Assembly: GCF_006345805.1 (NCBI RefSeq)
Contig: NC_043005.1
Span: forward strand, 46,314,001 to 46,378,000
DNA from: Octopus sinensis
Taxonomy: Eukaryota
Direction of reading: 5' to 3'
Length of the DNA stretch: 64,000 nt
Shown: piece after piece, positions 12,735 to 26,359 of the stretch
Layout of the letters: every line of letters starts with the position of its first letter
Position numbering within the stretch: position 1 is the stretch's first letter
Notes under the pieces: model-generated
Told to the model about the DNA's origin: nothing
The model's input: the letters and a program-made list of their open reading frames with translations, nothing else
Database searches by the model: none
Position numbers and translations under genes: made by a program

Positions 12735-13428
12735 GCACAACAGACCTGATATAAGGATTTGGGATAGAGAAGAGAAACTGTGCATAGTTGTAGAAATTAG
12801 CTATCCAGCAGATATTAACATAAAGCTGAAGATCAATGAAAAAGGGATTACCTATGCTGAACTATTGAGAAATCTGCAGTTACTCTATCTAGATTACAAG
12901 TTCAGGTTTATACCTGTAATTATTGGGGCCCTTGGGATATGTAACACACTGCCTAAATACCAATATTGAGAAATCAAGCTTCTCAAAACCAGAAAGACGA
13001 AAGCTAATTCGAAGACTACAAATCCAATCCATCACTGGAACTGTAAAGATCTGTAAAACTTTCCTGAAGTTTATCACTTAAATATATATGAACATGTCTA
13101 GATATGCAACTATATGCATGAGAATACTTACATAAAACATACAAGTTTGCACATACATACATACATACAAAAGTATATATGAACATGTCTAGACATGCAA
13201 CTATATGCTTGAGAATACACGCATAAAACAAAACATACAAACACTGCATGCGCACTTGCATACATACATACATACATACATACATACATACATACATACA
13301 TACATACATACATACATACATACATAAATGCCCTATTGATGTTGTTGAAATTCCAATGAAGGAGCCTTGAATCTAGGTTGGAAACCGGCTCTGTCTTTAT
13401 TGGCATGTAATCTTGAAATAAAACTGAA
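12735..13428 (+). mobile_element. 5'-truncated R4/Dong-like LINE: restriction-like endonuclease domain and 3' UTR
   Basis: HNRPDIRIWD..K.CIVVEISYPAD.NI...EK..Y..L...IPVIIGALG, then (frameshift) ...LQIQSITGTVKICKTFLKF; flanked by (TACA)n. Confidence 0.82.
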
Positions 13429-13859
13429 TACATACATACATGCATACATACATACATACATACATACATACATACATACATACATACATACATACGTACG
13501 TACGTACATGCATATGTTTATGTTAACATATGTGTTTATGTTAACCGAGTGCCTCTTTACCTCCCCTGTCATCTGCTGGTCAAGTTTATCCTTCTTAAAC
13601 TGTAGGTATTTCTTTCTCTTTCTCTCTGTGTGTGCATGCGTGTAAGCGCATATCATGTATCTGTGTCTATGTAACTTAACCATTCCCTTTCCGCTTCTTG
13701 ACAATTTCGAAGTTCCTCTGTCGACTTTAACATATTACCTTAACTCTATACGAATCTGCATTTTAATCTCGCTCTCCTTCTCTATACGATTCAAAGCGTG
13801 TGTAGAGAAATCAACCAACAAACCAACATTTATATTTACTGTTATGTGCATACATTCAC

Positions 13860-14143
<284 letters not shown>

Positions 14144-16206
14144 CATTACGATAAGTTGGTATCAAATGGTGAAAACTTGCTTTCTTTTCTTTTGCAAACT
14201 AGTCAATATGATGAGCGTACAAAGGAATGGTACCTCGTGTTGGCGCAACTTTTGAATATATATTTATTTCAATATCTAGTTTTCTAGAATTGTTATTTCC
14301 CCGATATATTTTAATGTATAAATGTACATTCACAGATAGTTATAAACTTATAAACATACAAAGAAAAACGGATTCATACATACACACGCACACGCACGAA
14401 CGTTGAGAGTAAGTGAAGAGAGATAGAGTTGAATGCGTGTACGGGTATGTTCCTTTTAAAAATAAATTGGAGTTCGAAACCTTTATCTTCTTATTAGTTA
14501 TGATAGACTGCCTAGGAAGACAGAAAATGCGCATCTAATTTCTATAGAAGCACATTTAAAAATTCTTTGGGCTTGTGAAACAACATTTACTTATTCGCTG
14601 CTCCCGCTGCTTAAAGCATATTTTGTATTGAATCTTTTCAAATAGAAAGAGAGAGAGAGGAGGAGGAGAAGAGAATGGAGTGATAGAAATAGGTAGATAG
14701 ATAGATGGATAGATAGATAGATAGATAGTAGAGAGAGAGTGAGAGAGAGTGAGAGAGAAAGAAAGAGAGAGGGGGAGAAAGAGATTTTGGAAGTTGAGTG
14801 TTTTGGCAAAAGTTACAACGTGATACTAATGAAGGAATTCAAGCAATACATTCTGGTATTGAGACGGTTTGCTGTTCCTTTTTATACGCGTAATCAGCGA
14901 GACACCTTTACAAAGTAAAAATTGAGATGTTGCTGTCAAGGGATTAAATTGTGTGTGTAGCTTGTTATTTTGTCGTCACTCAAAAGAACTAAAGATAAAC
15001 CCGAAAGCTGACTTTGAATTGCGAACAGAGAATTACGGTGCGTTGGCTGTCGCACAAAATCTCGTCTAACACACGACTGTGTCGGCCTTCTGTAACGCCT
15101 TCTTATCAAAAATATAATGACCCCCATAACATTAATCAATTAATCGATAAACATTGATGAATTAATATAGAGGAAGCTCGGAATGTGATCTCACTTCTAG
15201 GGATTGGAAACAGCTTGGTATTAGATTTGGAATTCTATAAAAGTCTATAAGAGAGTGTGTTAAGAAACAATGACTATGAAAAGACTTTCTTTTTCCTTCT
15301 TGGAATATCAATAAGAGAAAATATTTCATAAAAGAATTGTTGGAAAGATTTCTCATTGATTTACGGTAAAAGAACCGAAAGGATGAACCTTTTATTCAAA
15401 AGAACCTATTGCAAACGTTTAATGTTCTTTTGACGTTCTGGTCGTAACTACTGTAATTTAGCCTTCCAGCAAATGATATCTTATCTCGACTTTCACAGTG
15501 AACACTTAAAAAAATATCAAGAAAAGCAAAAGCAAAAAAGGAAAAAAAGAAAGCAAGAAAGAAAATAAAAGAATAAAAAAAAAGGGAGAAGAAAAAATAA
15601 GAGTGCAATACGATAACTGCCTTCAACTAACAAGTTTCTTTGTATGACGCGCGACTACGTTGTAATATTCTCAGTTTTCACTTGATAAAAAGGAAATTAA
15701 AAAGACAAGCTCTGGCATAAAGAAAACAATTGGAACCAAGTTTAGCTTTGATGTAAAAATCCAGCTTTTTGTGTTGGTAGCCAAGTTGTAAATGCCTTCT
15801 GTATGTTGGTGTTATCAATGCTAAAAGTGTGTAACCTCAGGCATGTTGGAGGTTGCCAGTGCTTGTAGTTGTTCTCACCAGCAGTCATATCTCAATTGAT
15901 GTAAAAACATCAGTCATTGAAAAAAGCCACTTTAAAAGTAAGGAAAAGAACACAAAAAGAAGAACAAAAAAAATCAAGAAAAACACAACAGAAACAGAAA
16001 CGAAAAAGAAAAAGAAAAGAAAAGAAAAAGAAAAAGAAAAGAGAAGAAAAGCGAAGAACAGAGAAGAAATAGTTGCAAACAACTGGGAAACTCTGGTATC
16101 TTCATTGCGGTATAATACTATTAAAGAGAGCAAACGGAAGGAAGGAGAGAAAGGAATCAGTTTTAAGAAATAATCCAACAAATCCTGTTTTTCTGTTACT
16201 TTCATA

Positions 16207-16262
<56 letters not shown>

Positions 16263-16665
16263 TATTTTTATTATTTTGACTATTATTATTATTATTATTA
16301 TTTGGTGGTAGGAGAAAGGGATATTTTATATTTGAAGAACATACCGTTGAATTGTTATTCTGCAATGTGTATGTGTGTTACGAATACGAAGTGTTTCTCA
16401 ACGTTCAATACATCGTGTGTGTGTGTGTGTGTGCGTGTGTGTGTGTGTGTGTAAGTGTATGTGTGTCTGTGCGTGTGTTCGTGTGTGTGTGAGTGTATAT
16501 GCATCAATGGTGGTTATGCTTATGCTCTCTCTATATATATATGCGAGAGAGTATGAATCTATATCAGGATTTCTTACTCAACGACGCTTGTGTATGAACG
16601 TATGCCATGTGTCTGTTTATGTGAGTGTGCATGCAGGTGTCTGTTGTTATACATATATGTTTCTC

Positions 16666-16712
<47 letters not shown>

Positions 16713-16880
16713 TTTCTGAGTTTTAGGTGTTCTCTTTTGTACGTGTGTTTTTATATATATACACCTCTATAATATAAGAAATCGTCGCACACAATTATGT
16801 TAGAAATATTCTTGCTAAAATAAAGTATAAGTAGATATAACGAAATATATGTCTTCATCTCTCTCTTTCTCTCTCTCTCA

Positions 16881-16952
<72 letters not shown>

Positions 16953-17219
16953 TCTTAGTATATATTTGTATATATATGTATATATACACATACAAACACC
17001 ACACACATAATATATACATTATACATATACATATAACATCCTATACATATATATATATATATATATAGATATATAATATTATATATAATATATATAAATA
17101 TATATATATATATTTATATATATATATATATATGTAGGTCCCGGGTTTGATCCGGGTTTAACCACAGTAAGTAAGGTACTCAATACATAGCAGAGTAAAT
17201 TAATTTATTATATAGAAGG

Positions 17220-17269
17220 AGCTTTACAGGACTAGTACTGTTTCATTCAAGAGAAATCTTCAGGAAGCT
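17220..17269 (-). ncRNA. Type I hammerhead ribozyme motif (left-arm copy)
   Basis: Reverse complement of 19642-19692 with a 1-nt deletion in stem I. Confidence 0.6.
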
Positions 17270-17561
17270 ATTAACAAGAATTGTATTAGCATTTATACAT
17301 TTAGGCAGGTTAAAGGAGTGGTGGTGGGGGACTTTTTTTGGGGTAGGCATAGCGCAAAATATCATACTTGGGGGAGTGGTCAAGGAGTCAGTGGTAAGTT
17401 AGATGAAAGAATAGATAAATTAAAAAATAAAAAATAAAAATAAAAAAAATAAAAAAATAAAATGTGTTGCACATACATACATAAACACATAACATACACA
17501 CACAACCACATACGTACACATGTGTGCCTATACATACCTACACATACACACATACACATAC

Positions 17562-17603
<42 letters not shown>

Positions 17604-17958
17604 ATATATTATATATATATATATATTACACAATCAATACAGGCCCATCCCTAATTTAATTTTATTATCTTCATTTATTACTTTTGTTATCTTTGATCGC
17701 TAGAGCTAAGGATCCTGGCGATGGCAGCATGTCCAAATTGTCTGTCTACTAGAAGGCAAGTACTCGTTCCCGCACGCACACTCATTAGCACGTACATACA
17801 CCCATTCGTACACTCATACACATTACACGTACGCACGCTTATATTTCATACATACAAACATAACAATACGTTCACGTATATACAACATAGTACTCGTACC
17901 TACAGATTCATGTCTACACTTTAGGAGGCTAGTCTATATATATACACCAAAAATATAC

Positions 17959-17996
<38 letters not shown>

Positions 17997-18401
17997 TACA
18001 CATATACACATACACACACACACACACATATATATACTCCTACATACAGATACATACATATATATATATATATATACATACACCACACATACATATACAC
18101 AAATATATATATATATATATACATACATACATACATATATATATATAGATATATACATATATATATATACATACATACACACACACCCATATATATTACA
18201 CACACATACATACACATATTTATACATACACAAACATATATACACACATATATATATATATATACATATATACACACATACATACACACACCTACATACA
18301 TATACACACAAACACATACATACGTAAACATCACTACATACATCCATACATCCATACTTACATGCACTTATACGCATACACACACCCCCATCTATATATA
18401 T

Positions 18402-18450
<49 letters not shown>

Positions 18451-19317
18451 CACTCACACATACATATACAAATATACGCCCACACTACATACATACATTA
18501 CACGTATACGCATACACGCACACACACTATACTGCGTACCCATACATGTGCACACACGCGCATGATCCATATTTATACACACACACACATATATACACGT
18601 GTGCAAGCATACATACATACTCATACACGCACAATACTTACATATACATATATGCACACACTTACACACATATATACATACACATATACATGCATACATA
18701 CATATTGCATACATACACATACACGCACATACACATATACACATGCGTACCCATACACGTGCACGCACGCACGCGCATCCATATATATACACACGCACAC
18801 ATATATATACACGTGTGCAAGCATACTACATACTCATAACACGCGCACTACTTAATATACATATATGCACACACTTCCACACATATACATACACATATAC
18901 ATGCATACATACATATATGCATACATACACACACCGCGCGCACTCATATTATGGTGTATATTTATTGTGTATCTATATAGACTAGCCTCCTAAAGTGTAG
19001 AATGAATCTGTAGGTAAGAGTTACGTATGTGTAATACGTGACGTATGTTGTAGATGTTTGTATGTATGAATATAACGCGTGCGTACGTGTATGTGTATGA
19101 GTGTACGAATGGGTGTGTATGTACGTGCTAATGAGTGTGCGTGCGGGAACGAGTACTTGCCTTCTAGTAGACAGACAATTTGGACATGCTTGCCATCGCC
19201 AGGATCCTTAGCTCTAGCGATCAAAGATAACAAAAGTAATAAATGAAGATAATAAAATTAAAATTAGGGAATGGGCTGTATTGGATTGTGTATTATATAA
19301 TATATATATATATATAT

Positions 19318-19359
<42 letters not shown>

Positions 19360-19641
19360 ATGTGTGTATGTGTAGGTATGTATAGGCACACATGTGTACG
19401 TATGTGTGTGTGTTGTATGTTATGTGTTTATGTATGTATGTGCACACATTTTATTTTTTATTTTTTATTTTTTATTTTTTATTTTTTTATTTATCTATTC
19501 TTTCATCTAACTTACCACTGACTCCTTGACCACTCCCCCAAGTATGATATTTTGCGCTATGCCTACCCCCAAAAAAGTCCCCCACCACCACTCCTTTAAA
19601 CCTGCCTAAATGTATAAATGCTAATACAATTCTTGTTAAAT

Positions 19642-19692
19642 AGCTTCCTGAAGATTTCTCTTGAATGAAACAGTACTAGTCCTGTAGAAGCT
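19642..19692 (+). ncRNA. Type I hammerhead ribozyme motif
   Basis: agcttc-CTGAAGA-tttc(tctt)gaat-GAAA-cag(tactagtc)ctg-TA-gaagct; 6-bp stem I, 4-bp stem III, GUA site; U.U mismatch at the base of stem II. Confidence 0.75.
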
Positions 19693-19849
19693 CCTTCTAT
19701 ATAATAAATATATATATATATATATATATGTATACATATGTATATGTATACATAGTCAGCGGTGGTGCCCCAGCATGGCCGCAACCTTCGGGCAGAAACA
19801 GTTTTAAGGATTTTAAGGATTTATACATAAATACACACACATATGCATA

Positions 19850-19880
<31 letters not shown>

Positions 19881-19881
19881 T

Positions 19882-19913
<32 letters not shown>

Positions 19914-20002
19914 TCAGTGCATACATAATAACTACATACAAACATATGTATGTATGCATATATATATACACACACACACACACACATATATATATACATA
20001 GC

Positions 20003-20046
<44 letters not shown>

Positions 20047-20130
20047 ATCTATCTATCTATCTATTTGTCTGTCTGTCTATTTGTCTGTCTGTCTGTCTGT
20101 CGGTATGTATATATGTACGTATGTATATAT

Positions 20131-20287
20131 GTGTGGCTGGGTAGTAAGAATCATGTTTCCAATCTACATAATATTCTAGGTTCAGTTTCACTGCGTGGCG
20201 ACTTGAGCGAGTGTCTTCTAATATAGCCTCGGGGCGATCAAACCCTTGTGAGTTAATTTGGTAGACGGACATTGAAAGAAACCCGTC
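20131..20287 (+). mobile_element. SINE family B, 5' half (diverged)
   Basis: Matches 4474-4636. Confidence 0.8.
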
Positions 20288-20384
20288 ATATATATAAATG
20301 CTCGAAATACGAGAGTAGAAAAACAGCCAACAGCTGATGAAGGGTCGTTCTTTTTTTTGTTTCTCTTGTTTTCTATTTGCTGTG

Positions 20385-22168
20385 AAGGCTGTGAACTAGA
20401 GGTAGGTTTGTCTGATAGACCTTCTTCACGTGCTTTCTCGGGTAATGGAAGGTGATCTTTCGTCATGGACATTTCTTTGTTCAAAGCTGCAGTTCTTCTG
20501 GTTTCCAGGCTCTCTGTTTTCAACAGCTTCCCCTAACGTTGCAATGAAGTCAGCATCTGTGAAGATGAGTCGATTTTGGAGGCCAAGTCCCAGCTTTTTC
20601 AGAGTTGTTCACAGCTGCGCCCATCCCTGAAGCTCGCTTGAGAGCCTCTGCAAGCAGTCCAGCAATGTTCCCTATCTGAATACTTGATCCAGAATAAGTT
20701 CTCATGAATCTATTTGCAGCTTGATCGAAGTATGCATGCGATGACTGCAGTGCAGTGGAAGAGGGAATATCAGTACTCCATGTTGAGTGGAAATTTCAGT
20801 TGCTCGAAGATTCCTTGTGTGACTTACGTGCCCATCAAGGACAAGAAGGACAGACGCATCCTTTGAAGATTTAACATATTTAATGAGGTGCTCAAGCCAT
20901 AAGTGGGAAGTGTCCTTATCCATCCAAACTTTTTTCTGCACTGAAAATCCTGTTCCAGCGGGGGTAATAGTTTTGAGGTTTTCCTTCATGCGCTTTCGTT
21001 TGAAGATCAGAAACGGAGGGAGGGAGGTACCAGTTGCACTCATGCAATTAACACATGTGACACTAGTTCTTCTTGAGGCACTGTTGTGTGCCAATTTTTT
21101 GTCACAATTTTTCTGGGTTTCTGCAGTGCTGAGAGCTGTTTCATACATGTTATACAGAAAAGACAGATTCAATTTGTAATAGTCAAAAACTGTCTCTAGG
21201 ATATCGATGTACCTGTCCACACTTTTTTATTTGCTAAGCCCTGTTGCTCTTGCTTTGCTGGTACCTTCAGGTTTTCGAAGACTGAGTTGAGGGTTTCTGG
21301 CAAGAAACTTTGAAAACCATTTCCGGCCTGCAAAATGATTTTCTCCATTGAACTTGTGCAAAAGTTCTGCGTTATTTTTCAAAGCAATTTGAAACATCAG
21401 TTTATGCATAGTAGTTTTGGATATGCCAAATTGCATTTCTTCCAGTGAAAGAATGTAATGCACAAAATCCTCTTCAGGTCTGTTGGTGAAGCGAAATGTT
21501 TCTTTCCTCCGACAGCCTACTTGTTTGAGCTCTGAACGTGCCGTTGAAATGTTGCTTGTGGAACAGAAAATTGGTTAGCAGCATGTTTGAAAGACATGTG
21601 ATCCTCTTTGACAACTTTCATTACCTCTTGGAAGTCTTTTGTTGCCACTGGCCATATTTTTTACACTCCATTGTGAGCTGAAACACAATACCAAATAAAG
21701 TAAAACCTATGCCTGATTATCAACTGCTCTTGTGAAAAAGTTTCAATGTTCTGACACACACCAAATAAAACTGTCTGAAAATGTTCCTATACTGAGACAC
21801 ATTGTACCTAACTTGGAGCCCCATGTTCAATATAGATGCAGTCAAGTGCCTCAATATAGGCACAGTAGGGTACCTTAAGAAAAATAACACCACTAATGAA
21901 TGGTTGAAAAACTCCCATGCAGAAAATTGTAAAAATATGTGAAATTGATCACAATAACCTCTGTATCAGTTTTTGTCTACGCATGATACTAAACTAAAAA
22001 ATGCAAATGTATTTCTCCCACCGTTACAATAATTGATGCAGATGAATGACCTGCCGTTCTAGTGAACTCCTTCTCTAATCGTTGCTTTGCCCAAACTTTC
22101 CCCCTGTGAAAAAAAGCCTACAAGGAGCGTGTCTCAATATCGGCACTGGCCCAATATAGGTACCTAAC
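20385..22168 (-). mobile_element. pogo/Tigger-like (CENP-B HTH + DDE_1) transposase pseudogene
   Basis: ATG at 21671; AGRKWFSKFLARNPQLSLRKPEGTSKARA; TCVNCMSATG..LPPFLIFK; LLVLDGHVSH; LPLHCSH; repeated CCTATATTG.G.CA terminal motif near 22165. Confidence 0.9.
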
Positions 22169-22607
22169 GTCTATATAAAACATTTCATCGCAACTCTAGA
22201 ATTACTAGCCATGAATTTGTTATGGGATAAGCTCGTATTTGTGGTGTTATTGAATAAGAATTCCTGAAGGTCAGTCACACGAGGTATTTGTAAAACATTG
22301 CTTTCTTTTGCCAAGTCTTCTATCTTCGAAGAAGGAAAATACCTTACAAATTATACTGAGAATTAAAATGTGATTAGAATTTAACGGCGCAAGTGCTAGG
22401 AGAGTTGGTTTCAGTATTGACTTGCCAAAACGTTTTCTAACACGTGATTAATAAAATAATGGTTAAATCAGGAATTAGTTATGGGGAATCAATATTCAGT
22501 GAAGTGTTTTTCTACATTTTTGTGATAATTTATGAGGAATATTCTCATGGTTATATTATCCAAACAATGTTTTGTAAGTTCTTTGTATATATAATACTAT
22601 TATTTAC

Positions 22608-22878
22608 CATGGCTCAGTGGTTAGAGCGTCGAGCTTACGATCGTGAGGTTGTGAGCTCGAATCCCTAGCTGTGTTCTTGAGCAAGACACTTTATTTCACG
22701 TTTCTCCAGGTGCCAAGCTGTATCGGCCGTTGCCTTTCCCTTGGATAACACTGGTGACGTGGAGAAGGAAGGTCGGTATGCATGGGCGACTGATGGTCTG
22801 CTATAAAGGACTTGTGCCTGGGAGAGTAACTTTCTGGGTACAATCCCATGGTCTGTGTCGTGACCGAAGGGGGGTCTC
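22608..22878 (+). mobile_element. SINE family C
   Basis: TGGCTCAGTGGTTAGAGCG A-box, GAGCTCGAATCCC B-box, CTTGAGCAAGACACT. Confidence 0.85.
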
Positions 22879-24372
22879 AGAATTTACCACAAAACCAGAT
22901 ATGCAGTTTGTAGGTATTGTATACATGATAAGACTCTAATATTTGATTGCTGACTTCAGTGAATGTAACATACATACCAACAAATACAAGTGTTTAGAAG
23001 GAGACGATAAAATAATATCTCAGTGTCAAGATAGCTGATTAAGATTGTGACATTTTTCAGATCTAAAGAACGGACACTGACAGATTTTTGAATAGTTACA
23101 TAATTATAAACTGATATTCAACAGCTGCCAGTTTGGTCAAGAACTCATAGCAGTACCATTTCAAATCAGTTAAGTTGATATAGGTTGAGAGTCCCTTACC
23201 AATACGTTATCTCCCTTGTCTAAATATTAATGAAGAATCTTGTCAAAATGTCATCCTAATCAATTTTGATGTCATTAAGATACACCTCTCAGAATAGAAG
23301 GATTATCTGTTGGCGGTCCATGCATGCTAAACTGTCTGTTGTAGATTACTGTATTGAGTCGTTAAGTTTTGTACGCCAAGTGTATACATTTTAGAAAAAC
23401 AAACTTAGTCGTGTGAAACATGAAGCTTAAAAGTTACAAATAAAATCGATGTGCAACAAGAGAAATAACTTTTGTATATTCCCTAAAGATCTTCCACGAA
23501 CAAAACGGTTATTATTTACAAACATGAAAAGAGAAAGCAACGTTTACTATATCCATTTTTCTACGACTAGAAATTATAGCTTATAAAAACTGATTATTAC
23601 CAAAATTGAGAAAGGAGAAAGTTTATCAACAAAGACTTCTTGTCTTGAAATTACATTTTTTCCACTGAATAACATAGTCTTCAATGCCAGGCTTCGTTCT
23701 GGTGACAAATGTAGATAAATAACACATGATAATGTAGATAAATAACACACGACTAGTTCCAGTCGATAGCGCCAAAATATTATGAACGGTCTCCAATCTA
23801 GTCTGTTAATATAAGTAGACAGTTTAATAGAATTGGTTTTTATTTAGAGAAGCAAGTCTAGTTATGTTTTGTCCTCTGCAAGTTAGCATGACTGAATTCC
23901 AGAGTGAACTTCATATAGCTTTGATCCTTGTAAAAGAAGTACTTTATGCTTGTGAATTCTTCACTGTGGCACATATATTCCAGCAGAAAAGACTCGCGTC
24001 TTATAGTTACTGAATGTATTTGTGGTTCTGTGGTTAGCAGCTCAATAAATATGATTACATGCTGTATTGGGTTTACTTAATGAATTTTGGTAATACTTCT
24101 TCCCATTGATGTATTTTGTGGGCAATTTTAGCTGGTTGAAAGAAGGATTTCTTACTTTGTTCTCACATTCCATTTTACACACATTTACAAGATTCATCTT
24201 CAACTTAATTCACTTTAACAAATACAAGCAATGAGATGTGCGCTTTGTTCGGTATATCGATATATTCTATGTTTACATGTATTTATCTATATTTTTCCTT
24301 TAGATATGTGTCTGTTTTTGCATATGTACGCGTGAATGTATATAACATATAATACATACATACATCTATATA

Positions 24373-24426
<54 letters not shown>

Positions 24427-24490
24427 ATGTATATATATATATATAATATGTATTTATATACATTCACACGTACATATGCAAACAGACACA

Positions 24491-24535
<45 letters not shown>

Positions 24536-25572
24536 ATATATATATATTATATATATAACATGTATTGCATATATACATACATATATATACACATACATAC
24601 ATATATATATGTATGTATAAACGTATGTATACATACACACATACGTATGTATATATATGTTATATATATATAATATATACTATATATATATATTATTATA
24701 TATACCGATCTGTATGCATACATGCCTGCATGCATACATACATACATACATGCATAATACGGACATCCATATATACGTACGTACATACAGGCACGCATTG
24801 TATGTTTTTTTTCTCTTTCTCTTCAACTTATATTTCTGAATCGCTCTTTGTCTTTATCGTTCTATCTGCATATCTCTATCGGCTGATTTGTTCGCTAAAT
24901 ATCGCATGCACGCATTCATTCATACATGCACATAGGCACACACTCAGACGCACATATTATATATACGCTTTCTTAACATGAAGATTGTTTTATATGTACA
25001 TATTCGTCGGTATATGCTGAAGCAAAGACGAAATCAAAGCAATACGATTTTTACATGCAAATACATGCAATTACACAAATACGTAGCCGCCTCCTCCTCC
25101 TCCTCCTCCTTCTCCTTCTCCTCCTCCTTCTCCTTCTCCTCCTCCTCCTCTTTCTCTCTTTCTCTCTCTCTCTCAACCCCCTGTCTTTATCTATAAGTAT
25201 AAAGTATACAAGTATATAAGTGTGGTGTGTCTTTACACAACACAACACACACACACCGACACTCACACACACACAAATACACACACTGTCGACTAGCAGA
25301 GTTCTGTTTACGGCATATAACGTGTCAGAAAATAACCTTTAGTTTCGCGTTTACTATTGCACTCAGCAATATAGAAAACTCGTCAGAGGAGATATCAGTA
25401 TTGCCAAGAACAGTAGTAGTTACGAAACCAATGGTCCCTTTCTCACCGGGTACATGCCATAATCAGGAACATACTATTCGACAATATAAAAGTATAACTG
25501 CTCAAATTCCCTCTTAGAGCGTACTTTTTTTACTTGAATAATGGACGAATGACATATATACATACATATATA

Positions 25573-25663
<91 letters not shown>

Positions 25664-25722
25664 CGTTTATATATTTGTTGTGCAAGATTTTTTATGTGAA
25701 GTCGTGGTGTTGAAACAGATAT

Positions 25723-25955
25723 TGTTATATTTCGGAATGGTCATCTTGCCGGTTTAGCCAATAAAAACACACGCACTATATATTTATTGTTACTTTGCTT
25801 CAGTGTTATTTATTTTTTACATTAATCTTAGTCTTTATCTTATAAGATTAAGATTAATGTAAAAAATAAATAACACTGAGCAAAGTAACACCAAATATAT
25901 AGTGCGTGTGTTTTTATTGGTTAAACTGGCAAAATGACCATTCCGAAATATAACA
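25723..25955. repeat. Near-perfect palindrome, about 113-bp arms with 8-nt loop
   Basis: tgttatatttcggaatggtcat...attaatcttagtctt / aagattaagattaat...atgaccattccgaaatataaca. Confidence 0.93.
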
Positions 25956-25957
25956 TA

Positions 25958-25995
<38 letters not shown>

Positions 25996-26029
25996 TATAT
26001 ATATATATAAATAATGTGTGTGGTATTGG

Positions 26030-26350
26030 CTTCAAATTTTGTCACAATTCCAGCAATTTCGGTGGGGAACAGATAAGCTGATTACGTCGACCCCAGTGCT
26101 GAACTGGTACTTATTTTATCGACTCCGAAAGGATGAAAGTCAAAATCGACCTCAACTGAATTTGAACTCAGAAGATTAAGACGGACAAAATGCCGCTAAG
26201 CATTTTGCCCGACGAGGTAACGATTCTTATTATTTGCCCACAAGGGGCTACAAATAGAGGGGACAAACAAGGACAGAGAAACGGATTAAGTCGATTACAT
26301 CGACCCCAGTACGTAAGGATGAAAGGCAATGTCCACCTCGGCGGAATTTG
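26030..26350 (-). mobile_element. Two SINE family A copies/fragments
   Basis: Reverse complement of family A body with two different tails. Confidence 0.85.
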
Positions 26351-26359
26351 TTTCATCGA

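Larger units (their letters stand above)
17203..19709. repeat. Large inverted repeat (arms about 17203-17940 and 18974-19709) with about 1 kb TA/CA-rich spacer
   Basis: Unique blocks match as reverse complements, e.g. ttaggaggctagtcta/tagactagcctcctaa and gatcgctagagctaaggatcc/ggatccttagctctagcgatc. Confidence 0.93.

Noticed and set aside
13206-13221. TGCTTGAGAATACACG resembles part of invertebrate miR-137
   Set aside because: Seed end mismatched, no hairpin partner, and it sits in a duplicated LINE 3' UTR segment whose other copy differs
23000-24230. Microsatellite-free 1.2-kb block
   Set aside because: No ORF or motif I can assign; probably an old TE relic
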